Under the pieces are notes generated by a model that was not told the origin of the DNA, searched no databases, and saw only the letters and a program-made list of their open reading frames with translations. Below, piece by piece: positions 24,401-34,800 of a DNA stretch of 64,000 nt. A program made the position numbers and the translations under genes. Origin of the DNA: Eledone cirrhosa (Eukaryota); contig CAXHJY010000928.1 in assembly GCA_964016885.1 (NCBI GenBank), forward strand, positions 124,001-188,000, given 5' to 3'. Position 1 is the first letter of the stretch, and the number at the start of each line of letters is the position of its first letter.

Positions 24401-27370
24401 TTGTTAACTGTCGAGACACAGCATCCTTTAAAACCTCCATAGAACAAACTACCTACATCAGTTGTTAGCTGTCGGGACACTGCATCTTTCAAAACCTCCA
24501 TGGAACAAACTACCTGCATCAGTTGTTAACTGTCGAGACACTGCATCCTTTAAAACCTCCATAGAACAAACTACCTACATCAGTTGTTAGCTGTCGAGAC
24601 AGTGCATCCTTTAAAACCTCCATGGAACAAACTACCTGCATCAGTTGTTAGCTGTCAAGACACTGCATCCTTTAAAAACTCCATGGAACCAACTACCAGC
24701 ATCAGTTGTTAGCTGTCAAGTCACTGCATCCTTTAAAACCTCCATGGAACAAACTACCTGCATCAGTTGTTAGCTGTCGAGACACTGCATCCTTTAAAAC
24801 CTCCATGGAACAAACTACCTGCATCAGTTGTTAGCTGTCAAGACACTGCATCCTTTAAAAACTCCATGGAACAAACTACCTGCATCAGTTGTTAACTGTC
24901 GAGACACTGCATCCTTTAAAACCTCCATAGAACAAACTGCCTGTATCAGTTGTTAGCCGTCGAGACACTGCATCCTTTAAAACCTCCATAGAACAAACTA
25001 CCTGCATCAGTTGTTAGCTGTCAAGACACTGCATCCTTTAAAACCTCCATAGAACAAACTACTAGCATCAGTTGTTAGCTGTCAAGACACTGCATCCTTT
25101 AAAACCTCCATGGAACAAACTACCTGCATCAGTTGTTAGCTGTCAAGACACTGTATCCTTTAAAAACTCCATGGAACAAACTACCAGCATCAGTTGTTAG
25201 CTGTCAAGACACTGCATCCTTTAAAACCTACATGGAACAAACTACCTGCATCAGTTGTTAGCTGTCAAGACACTGCATCCTTTAAAAACCTCCATGGAAC
25301 AAACTCCCTGCATCAGTTGTTAGCTGTCAAGATACTACATCCTTTAAAACCTCCATGAAACAAACTACCTACATCAGTTGTTAGCTGCTGAGACACTGCA
25401 TCCTTTAAAACCTCCATGGAACAAACTACCTGCATCAGTTGTTAGCTGTCAAGACACTGTATCCTTTAAAAACTCCATGGAACAAACTACCATCATCAGT
25501 TGTTAGCTGTCAAGACACTGCATCCTTTAAAACCCCCATGGAACAAACTATCTGCATCAGTTGTTAGCTGTCAAGATACTGCATCCTTTAAAACCTCCAT
25601 GGAACAAACTCCCTGCATCAGTTGTTAGCTGTCAAGACACTACATCCTTTAAAACCTCCATGGAACAAACTACCTACATCAGTTGTTAGCTGCTGAGACA
25701 CTGCATCCTTTAAAACCTCCATGTAACAAACTACCTGCATCAGTTGTTAACTGTCGAGACACAGCATCCTTTAAAACCTCCATAGAACAAACTACCTACA
25801 TCAGTTGTTAGCTGTCGGGACACTGCATCCTTCAAAACCTCCATGGAACAAACTACCTGCATCAGTTGTTAACTGTCGAGACACTGCATCCTTTAAAACC
25901 TCCATAGAACAAACTACCTACATCAGTTGTTAGCTGTCGAGACAGTGCATCCTTTAAAACCTCCATGGAACAAACTACCTGCATAAGTTGTTAGCTGTCA
26001 AGACACTGCATCCTTTAAAAACTCCATGGAACAAACTACCAGCATCAGTTGTTAGCTGTCAAGTCACTGCATCCTTTAAAACCTCCATAGAACAAACTAC
26101 TAGCATCAGTTGTTAGCTGTCAAGACACTGCATCCTTTAAAACCTCCATGGAACAAACTACCTGCATCAGTTGTTAGCTGTCAAGACACTGTATCCTTTA
26201 AAAACTCCATGGAACAAACTACCAGCATCAGTTGTTAGCTGTCAAGACACTGCATCCTTTAAAACCTCCATGGAACAAACTACCTGCATCAGTTGTTAGC
26301 TGTCAAGACACTGCATCCTTTAAAAACCTCCATGGAACAAACTCCCTGCATCAGTTGTTAGCTGTCAAGATACTACATCCTTTAAAACCTCCATGAAACA
26401 AACTACCTACATCAGTTGTTAGCTGCTGAGACACTGCATCCTTTAAAACCTCCATAGAACAAACTACCTACATCAGTTGTTAGCTGTCGGGACACTGCAT
26501 CCTTTAAAACCTCCATGGAACAAACTACCTGCATCAGTTGTTAACTGTCGAGACACTGCATCCTTTAAAACCTCCATAGAACAAACTACCTACATCAGTT
26601 GTTAGCCGTCGAGACACTGCATCCTTTAAAACCTTCATTTACAAACTACCTGCATCAGTTGTTAGCTGTGAAGACACTGCATCCTTTTAAAACTCCATGG
26701 AACAAACTACCTGCATCAGTTGTTAACTGTCGAGACACTGCACACTTAAAACCCTCCATGGAACAAACTGCCTGCATCAGTTGTTAGCCGTCGAGACACT
26801 GCATCCTTTAAAACCTCCATAGAACAAACTACCTACATCAGTTGTTAGCTGTCAAGACACTGCATCCTTTAAAACCTCCATGGAACAAACTACCAGCATC
26901 AGTTGTTAGCTGTCAAGACACTGCATCCTTTAAAACCTCCATGGAACAAACTACCAGCATCAGTTGTTAGCTGTCAAGACACTGTATCCTTTAAAAACTC
27001 CATGGAACAAACTACCAGCATCAGTTGTTAGCTGTCAAGACACTGCATCCTTTAAAACCTCCATGGAACAAACTACCTGCATCAGTTGTTAGCTGTCAAG
27101 ACACTGCATCCTTTAAAACCTCCATGGAACAAACTACCAGCATCAGTTGTTAGCTGTCAAGACACTGCATCCTTTAAAACCTCCATGGAACAAACTCCCT
27201 GCATCAGTTGTTAGCTGTCAAGACACTGCATCCTTTAAAACCTCCATGGAACAAATTCCCTGCATCAGTTGTTAGTTGTCGAGACACTGCATCCTTTAAA
27301 ACCTCCATGGAACAAACTCCCTGCATTAGTTATTAGCTGTCTAGACACTGCATCCTTTAAAAACTCCATG
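9449..27370 (+). repeat. 61-bp satellite, ~294 copies, derived from the CR1 ORF2 C-terminus
   Basis: Consensus TGGAACAAACTACCTGCATCAGTTGTTAGCTGTC(A/G)AGACACTGCATCCTTTAAAACCTCCA, head-to-tail over ~17.9 kb; one frame reads WNKLPASVVSCRDTASFKTS. Confidence 0.97.
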
Positions 27371-27558
27371 CTTCCTGAGATTCGCCAACACTACACCTGA
27401 TATTCCCCCTCCACACACACACACACACACACACGTATATCAGACTCATACAATATTCACTTCCCTGACATTTGTACATTATTCTATGTACTATACATGC
27501 ACCTTTGATGAGTTGCAGTGCTCCTGAGCACTGTATACAATAATTTCATTATTATTTT
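27371..27558 (+). mobile_element. CR1-group LINE ORF2 end, 3' UTR and (ATT)n tail
   Basis: The last monomer continues in frame FKNSMLPEIRQHYT* (TGA 27398-27400), followed by (CA)n, a stem-loop CAGTGCTC-CT-GAGCACTG (27516-27533) and AATAATTTCATTATTATT. Confidence 0.75.
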
Positions 27559-27576
27559 ATAAACTAGTTATCAATT

Positions 27577-27705
27577 ATATGTATATCTGTGTGTATGTCT
27601 GTTTGTTTATATATGTGAGTGAGTGTCAGTAAGTGTATATATGTATATATATCTGGGTGTGTCTGTGCATATGTATCTGTGTGTGTCTGTATATATATAT
27701 ATATA
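27577..27705. repeat. Degenerate (TG/TA)n low-complexity tract
   Basis: Visible GTGT/ATAT mosaic. Confidence 0.8.
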
Positions 27706-28183
27706 TCATCATCATCATCACCGTTTTACGTCCGTTCTTCCACGCTAGCATGGGTTAGACGGGTTGTTCTGTTGTGGGCAGTGTCTGGTCGGCTGACCAT
27801 GCCTTGCTCATACAGGAACTGATCTGGCTTGATTTCTACAGCTGGATGCCCTTCCTAACACCAACCTCATTTACAGTGAGTGCTGGGTGCTTTTTCGTGG
27901 CGCCTACACGTCCACTTTACAGTGTGGGCTGGGTGCTTTTTTGCCGTTGCACCTCCACAACCACCTTGCGGTAGGGGAAGTGGGGGCATATTGTTTATAT
28001 GCTTCAGCATGTACCCATGGGAGGTCAGGTACCCTGTATTACTGCGTGACGCCAGAAGTCACGGTCGTGTGTCATTGACTTTGAGAGGTGTAGTTGGGTA
28101 AGGTCGGCTTTTATCACCTCATCCCAAGTCATCTTGGGTCTCCCCACTCCGCGGTTTCCATCAACTTCTAGTGCTCTGCACCT
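27706..28183 (-). mobile_element. RTE-clade LINE 3' end (ORF C-terminus plus ~320-bp 3' UTR plus (ATG)n)
   Basis: The minus frame of ORF 28025-28249 reads RCRALEVDGNRGVGRPKMTWDEVIKADL..MTHDRDFWRHAV, the typical RTE C-terminal GRP..W..DR..W motif. Its UTR matches 8216-8550. Confidence 0.85.
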
Positions 28184-28185
28184 TT

Positions 28186-28305
28186 TTATATATATATGTT
28201 TGTGTCTCTCATCATCATTGTTTTTACATTCGCGTTTCCACCCTTGCATGTATGTGTGTTTGTATATACATGTGTGTGTGTGTGTGTGTATATATGTGTG
28301 TATGG
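28186..28305. repeat. (TA)/(TG)n microsatellite mosaic
   Basis: Visible dinucleotide tracts. Confidence 0.75.
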
Positions 28306-28357
28306 GCTGTGTAGCCAGTATGCATTGTTGGTGTCAATGTTTATTTTCAATTTTAAT

Positions 28358-29038
28358 TTTGAGGTTTGTCCTAACAGTAAGTTAGTGAGTTTTGTGTGTA
28401 GGACATGGTAACACAGAACCTCGTTGATGTATATAAGCTTGTTGGTTATCACCTTCACTGCACCTACTTTAACATGATCAATTGAGTCAATCATGAGTTA
28501 TGGCTGTTTATGTACATATGTGTCTATAATTTCTGTTAAGTTTGTGATACAGTAAAATATCAAACAATGGTACATAATGGAATTTTGTGTGGAACTCAAC
28601 AAATCTACCATTGAAACATGTAATTCTTTAATACAAGCTTACAGACATGCCTTTCTATCGAGAAGTAAGTTTTTTAAGTTGCACACAGCTTTGAAAGAGG
28701 ACCAAGAAAATGTTGAAGATGAACTTTGTTCTGAAAGTTCAATCTTGTCAACAAATGAACATGTGGAAGTGGTGTGAGCACTAGTGGCGAAAGATCTCTC
28801 ATTAAATGTTAGGATGATTTCAGAAGAAATGGGCTTAAAATTGCAGTCTACAGAATTTTAACAGACCATTTGCACATGGGAAAAATTTGTGCGCGACACT
28901 TGACTGTGGAGCAAAAGGTGAACCACTGAGTGTCTTCCCAAGGGTTGTATTTTGAAGGTGATAATTTGTAATTTCGTGTACATCTAATATATATTTAAAT
29001 AAAACATCAGTACCCTTATTTTGGGGACAAACCTCATA
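28358..29038 (+). mobile_element. Internally deleted mariner (Tc1/mariner) transposon with both TIRs
   Basis: Left TIR TGAGGTTTGTCCTAACAGTAAG (28360-) and right TIR CTTATTTTGGGGACAAACCTCATA (-29038). N-terminal HTH MEFCVELNKSTIET..AY..LSRSKFFKLHTALKEDQENVEDE..S..STNEHVEVV..RMISEE..RILTDHLHMGKICA jumps to the C-terminal SQGLYFEGDNL*, so the DDD catalytic domain is missing. Confidence 0.85.
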
Positions 29039-29419
29039 TGTCTTTTAACCTATAAACAACTTCCAATTTCCTGTATCTGTTTCAACTTTTCCCTATCATT
29101 TTCTTTAATTGTTCACTTGTTATTGTCTTCTCTACAAACATATCCATTTCATTGGCTCATTTCAACTTTTTCTTCTGTCATGCCACAGTCACAATAACAA
29201 TAGTATATTGTTTAAATTAAGTTTGTTATTTGTAAATAATCATTCGAGTATCAGGTGAGTTTAGAAAATCTAAAAAATCTCAAGCCCTGATCTCTCTCTA
29301 TAATTGAGCTAACAACATTTCTGCAGTCTACCAAGTTCCTTTCATTGCGGTACTGGCACATAGGAGGTTGTCATGTCCTTGACATAGCTGAAGAATAAAC
29401 TTCACCTTTTGTTTAGTAG

Positions 29420-29480
29420 GTTTTCTACAGCTGGATCCTCTTCTTATAATCAACTACTTTACAGAGTGTACTGGGTGCAT
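29420..29480 (-). mobile_element. Old relic of the SINE/RTE-UTR shared segment
   Basis: TTTCTACAGCTGGATCCTCTTCTTATAATCAACTACTTTACAGAGTGTACTGGGTGC resembles TTTCTACAGCTGGATGCCCTTCCTAACACCAACCTCATTTACAGTGAGTGCTGGGTGC at 5862, 8351 and 27833. Confidence 0.6.
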
Positions 29481-29606
29481 GTATCATGTATATCACAAGC
29501 AGTAGAGATATTGTCATATCTATGACCCAAGAAGAAAACAGAAACAGGGGAAGACCAGACAATGTGTTGTATTCTAGAGCTAAACACTCCATTTTAGAAT
29601 GCTTTT

Positions 29607-30382
29607 CATGATAGAACCAGGGTCCCTATTATTAAAACACCCAAGAAACCTCCTATGAGATACAACCTTGTAGGAGACCAACTAAACCTTCATAGATGTG
29701 AGATGTAACATGATAGGACTGGGGTCCCTATCATTAAAACAGCCAAGAAACCTCCTATGAGATACAACCTTGTAGGAGACCAGCTAAACCTACATAAGTG
29801 TGAGCTGTAACAACATGATAGGACTGGAGTCCCTATCATTAAAACAGCCAAGAAACTTCCTATGAGATACAACCTTGTAGGAGACCAGCTAAACCTACAT
29901 AGGTGTGAGATGTAACATGATAGGACTGGGGTCCCTATTATTAAAACAGCCAAGAAACCTCCTATGATATACAACCTTGTAGGAGACCAACTAAACCTAC
30001 ATAGGTGTGAGATGTAACATGATAGGACTGGGGTCCCTATCATTATAACAGCCAAGAAACTTCCTATGAGATACAACCTTGTAGGAGACCAGCTAAACCT
30101 ACATAGGTGTGAGATGTAACATGATAGGACTGGGGTCCCTATCATTAAAACAGCCAAGAAACCTCCTATGAGATACAACCTTGTAGGAGACCAGCTAAAC
30201 CTATGTAGGTGTGAGATGTAACATGATAGGACTGGGGTCCCTAATATTAAAACAGCCAAGAAACCTCCTATGATATACAACCTTGTAGGAGACCAGCTAA
30301 ACCTACATAAGTGTGAGCTGTAACATGATAGGACTGGGGTCCCTATTATTAGAACACCCAATAAACCCTATGAGATACAATC
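29607..30382. repeat. 102-bp minisatellite, ~7.6 copies
   Basis: CATGATAG recurs at 29607, 29709, 29814 (+3 insertion), 29916, 30018, 30120, 30222 and 30324; unit CATGATAGGACTGGGGTCCCTATCATTAAAACAGCCAAGAAACCTCCTATGAGATACAACCTTGTAGGAGACCAGCTAAACCTACATAGGTGTGAGATGTAA. Confidence 0.96.
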
Positions 30383-30544
30383 TAAAGAGCCAGTTTTCAG
30401 CAGTTGCATAGTACTTAAAATTTTTTGTTGGTTTGTATTTTAAATCATTAAAAAGGTAACCAATGAAAGTGCATGGCTCATTGGTTAGGGTGTTTGGTAC
30501 TGTTCCTAAGTGACAGAGGTTCAACAATAAAATATGACATTGTC

Positions 30545-30800
30545 AACACACTGAAGCAGCTGGAAAAGTTCAAGTATCTCAGGACCGTGTTCATGGGTGA
30601 TGGAAAGCATGAGGCTGAATTAAGTACAAGAATTGTAGGAGCTGGTGCAGTAATGTGACAGCTTCGGCCTTTGGTCATTAGAAGACGGGAGGTAACTGTA
30701 AAAGCCAAACTCACTAACTTCTATTTGGTGTTCATGCCAACCTTTATGTCTAGTCATGAACTTTGGGTAATGACTGAAACAATATGATCACGAATACAAG
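30545..30800 (+). mobile_element. Old RTE fragment (post-RT region), Rex3/Expander-like subgroup
   Basis: LKQLEKFKYLRTVFMGDGKHEAELSTRIVGAGAVM*QL..RREVTVKAKL..VFMPTFMSSHELWVMTETI*SRIQ resembles the FKYLG..RIGAA.AVM..KAKLSIY..PTLTYGHELWVMTE..SRIQ pattern of Rex3/Expander RTEs. Confidence 0.75.
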
Positions 30801-30852
30801 TTTTTACATAAAGGCAATGACTGGACAGGCACATACTCACATGTGTCTCTCT

Positions 30853-30942
30853 GGTGGGCTTCTAAAAGTTTCCCTAAATCAAAATACACTCACCAGGTAT
30901 TGGTAAAACCATGGCTATAATAGAAGACACTTACCTAAGGGG
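30853..30942 (-). mobile_element. Possible degenerate CORE-like SINE relic
   Basis: Ends in GCTATAATAGAAGACACTTACCTAAGG, whose reverse complement resembles the CCTTGGGCAAGTGTCTT CORE-type motif; heavily diverged. Confidence 0.35.
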
Positions 30943-31279
30943 CTTGAAGACTCTGCTTCCACGACCCTCACAGGAATAAAGGAGAGAAGAAGAAAAGGAA
31001 GGAGGAGATGGAGAAAAAGAAGACATTGTTTACAGACAAGATAGCTGACAATGGAAACAGCTAAAACTAATTTCTTGGAATGACATAATTAGCCAAACAT
31101 TCATTAGTTATGACAAAATATTACCAACAATACTCTGCTATTATGTATTGTTGCAACATTATTTATGTTTGTCTACTTTTTTTATGTAGCATTTGTTTTG
31201 TTATTGTTGTTTTTACTTGCTACTAATAATTACTATTGCTTTCATTATTTTAACTTGTACTTTTATTACTATAATAAAA

Positions 31280-31495
31280 CTATGGCAGTGTATTGCTATT
31301 GTCAGTAAATGTTTTGTGCTATTTTGTTACATCTATGTTGGAATTTAAATCGTGTCAAGGTTAATTTTGCCATTCCTTCTTCCAAGCTTGATAAAATAGC
31401 AGTTAAGTACTGGGTAGTGAGGCCAGTACAATCAACTTTTACTCTTCCCCAAAATGCTGGGCTTATGCCAAAATTACAAACCAATATTATTATCA
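31280..31495 (+). mobile_element. Degenerate Nin/Deu-type SINE, same family as 8588-8790
   Basis: AAAT..CAAGGTTAATTTTGCCATTC..GATAAAATAG..CCCCAAAATGCTGGGCTTATGCCAAAATTACAAACCAATATTATTAT parallels 8666-8790. Confidence 0.55.
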
Positions 31496-31513
31496 CATCA
31501 CTGAAGACTATGC

Positions 31514-31752
31514 TTTTGGATTAACATGTATTGCATTCCTGACAATATCTCTTAATTCCCCTCCTGGGTCTTCATCTAACTATAGTTAGCTCTAACATTA
31601 CTGTTATATATATTATTACTGTCATACCACTAACTACTGTGTTTTTGGATTAAAATGTACCACGTTCCTGACAATAACATCTGTTAATTGCCCTCCTGGG
31701 TCTTCAACTAACTATAGTTTGGCTCTATCATTACTGTTAGTATTACTGTCAT
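31514..31752. repeat. Diverged tandem duplication, 2 copies, ~128-bp period
   Basis: TTTTGGATTAA.ATGTA..TTCCTGACAATA..TTAATT.CCCTCCTGGGTCTTCA.CTAACTATAGTT..GCTCTA.CATTACTGTTA occurs at ~31514 and ~31642. Confidence 0.85.
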
Positions 31753-31820
31753 TGGGACAAGCTATATACTCTTGTAAGGTCCTTCCTGGCATTAACTCTT
31801 TTAGTCATCTCTTATAATAT

Positions 31821-34800
31821 ACAGTATACCTATTATAAATAAGATATACACAAGGATACAGTGTACCTATTGTATACTGGATATACACATGGAGACAGTG
31901 TACCTATTGTATACTAGATATACACAGGAAGACAGTGTACCTATTGTATACTAGATATACACAGGGATACAGTGTACCTATTGTATACTAGATATACACA
32001 GATATGCAGTGTACCTATTGTATACTAGATATACACTGGAAGACAGTGTACCTATTGTATACTAGATATACACAGGGATACAGTGTACCTATTGTATACT
32101 GGATATACACAGGGATACAGTGTACCTATTGTATACTAGATATACACAGGGATACAGTGTACCTATTGTATACTAGATATACACATGGAGACAGTGTACC
32201 TATTGTATACTAGATATACACAGGACGACAGTGTACCTATTGTATACTAGATATACACAGGACGACAGTGTACCTATTGTATACTAGATATACACAGGGA
32301 TACAGTGTACCTATTGTATACTGGATATACCCAGGGATACAGTGTACCTATTGTATACTAGATATACCCAGGGATACAGTGTACCTATTGTATACTAGAT
32401 ATACACAGGGATACAGTGTACCTATTGGATATACACAGGGATACAGTGTACCTATTGTATACTAGATATACACAAGAAGACAGTGTACCTATTGTATACT
32501 AGATATACACAAGAAGACAGTGTACCTATTGTATACTAGATATATACAAGAAGACAGTGTACCTATTGTATAATAGATATACACAAGAAGACAGTGTACC
32601 TATTGTATACTAGATATACACAGGGATACAGTGTACCTATTGTATACTGGATATACACAGGGAGACAGTGTACCTATTGTATACTGGATATACACAGGGA
32701 GACAGTGTACCTATTGTATACTGGATATACACAGGGAGACAGTGTACCTATTGTATACTGGATATACACAGGGAGACAGTGTACCTATTGTATACTAGAT
32801 ATACACAGGGAGACAGTGTACCTATTGTATACTAGATATACACAGAGATACAGTGTACCTATTGTATACTAGATATACACAGGGATACAGTGTACCTATT
32901 GTATGCTAGATATACACAGGGATACAGTGTACCTATTGTATACTAGATATACACAGGGAGACAATGTACCTATTGTATACTGGATATACACAGGGAGACA
33001 ATGTACCTATTGTATACTGGATATACTCAGGGAGACAGTGTACCTATTGTATACTAGGTATACACAGGGATACAGTGTACCTATTGTATACTAGATATAC
33101 ACAGGAAGACAGTGTACCTATTGTATACTAGATATACACAGGGATACAGTGTACCTATTGTATACTAGATATACACAGGAAGACAGTGTACCTATTGTAT
33201 ACTAGATATACACAGGAAGACAGAGTACCTATTGTATACTAGATATACACAGGAAGACAGTGTACCTATTGTATACTAGATATACACAGGAAGACAGTGT
33301 ACCTATTGTATACTAGATATACACAGGGATACAGTGTACCTATTGTATACTAGATATACACAGGAAGACAGTGTACCTATCGTATACTAGATATACACAG
33401 GAAGACAGTGTACCTATTGTATACTGGATATACACAGGAATACAGTGTACCTATTGTATACTAGATATACACAAGACAGTGTACCTATTGTATACGAGAT
33501 ATACACAAGACAGTGTACCTATTGTATACGAGATATACACAGGGAGACGGTGTACCTATTGTATACTGGATATACACAGGGATACAGTGTACCTATTGTA
33601 TACTAGATAAACACAGGGATACAGTGTACCTATTGTATACTAGATATACACAAGAAGACAGTGTACCTATTGTATACGAGATATACACAAGACAGTGTAC
33701 CTATTGTATACGAGATATACACAGGGAGACAGTGTACCTATTGTATATAGATATACACAGGAAGACAGTGTACCTATTGTATACTAGATATACACAGGGA
33801 TACAGTGTACCTATTGTATACTAGATATACACAGGAAGACAGTGTACCTATTGTATACTGGATATACACAGGAAGACAGTGTACCTATTGTATACTAGAT
33901 ATACACAGGAAGACAGTGTACCTATTGTATATAGATATACACAGGAAGACAGTGTACCTATTGTATACTAGATATACACAGGAAGACAGTGTACCTATTG
34001 TATACTGGATATACACAGGAAGACAGTGTACCTATCGTATACTAGATATACACAGGAAGACAGTGTACCTGTCGTATACTAGATATACACAGGCAGACAG
34101 TGTACCTATTGTATACTAGATATACACAGGAAGACAGTGTACCTATTGTATACTAGATATACACAGGGAGACAGTGTACCTATTGTATACGAGATATACA
34201 CAGGGAGACAGTGTACCTATTGTATACGAGATATACACAGGAAGACAGTGTACCTATTGTATACTAGATATACACAGGGATACAGTGTATCTATTGTATA
34301 CTAGATATACACAAGAAGACAGTGTACCTATTGTATACTAGATATACACAGGGATAGAGTGTACCTATTGTATACTAGATATACACAGGGATACAGTGTA
34401 CCTATTGTATACTGGATATACACAGGAAGACAGTGTACCTATTGTATACTAGATATACACAGGGATACAGTGTACCTATTGTATACTAGATATACACAGG
34501 AAGACAGTGTACCTATTGTATACTAGATATACACAGGGAGACAGTGTACCTATTGTATACTAGATATACACAGGGATACAGTGTACCTATTGTATACTAG
34601 ATATACACAGGAAGACAGTGTACCTATTGTATACTAGATATACACGGGAATACAATGTACCTATTGTATACTAGATATACACGGGGATACAGTGTACCTA
34701 TTGTATACTAGATATACACGGGGATACAGTGTACCTATTGTATACTAGATATACACGGGGATACAGTGTACCTATTGTATACTAGATATACACAGGGAGA

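Noticed and set aside
9449-27370. CRISPR-like array or repeated small protein genes (MLAVETLHPLKPPWNKLP...)
   Set aside because: There are no unique spacers and no cas genes, and the context is eukaryotic. The ORFs arise where a 60-bp variant shifts the frame past the recurring TAG.
29690-30361. 223-aa repeat membrane protein
   Set aside because: It lies entirely within the 102-bp minisatellite with no recognisable domain or splice evidence; kept only as a low-confidence remark.
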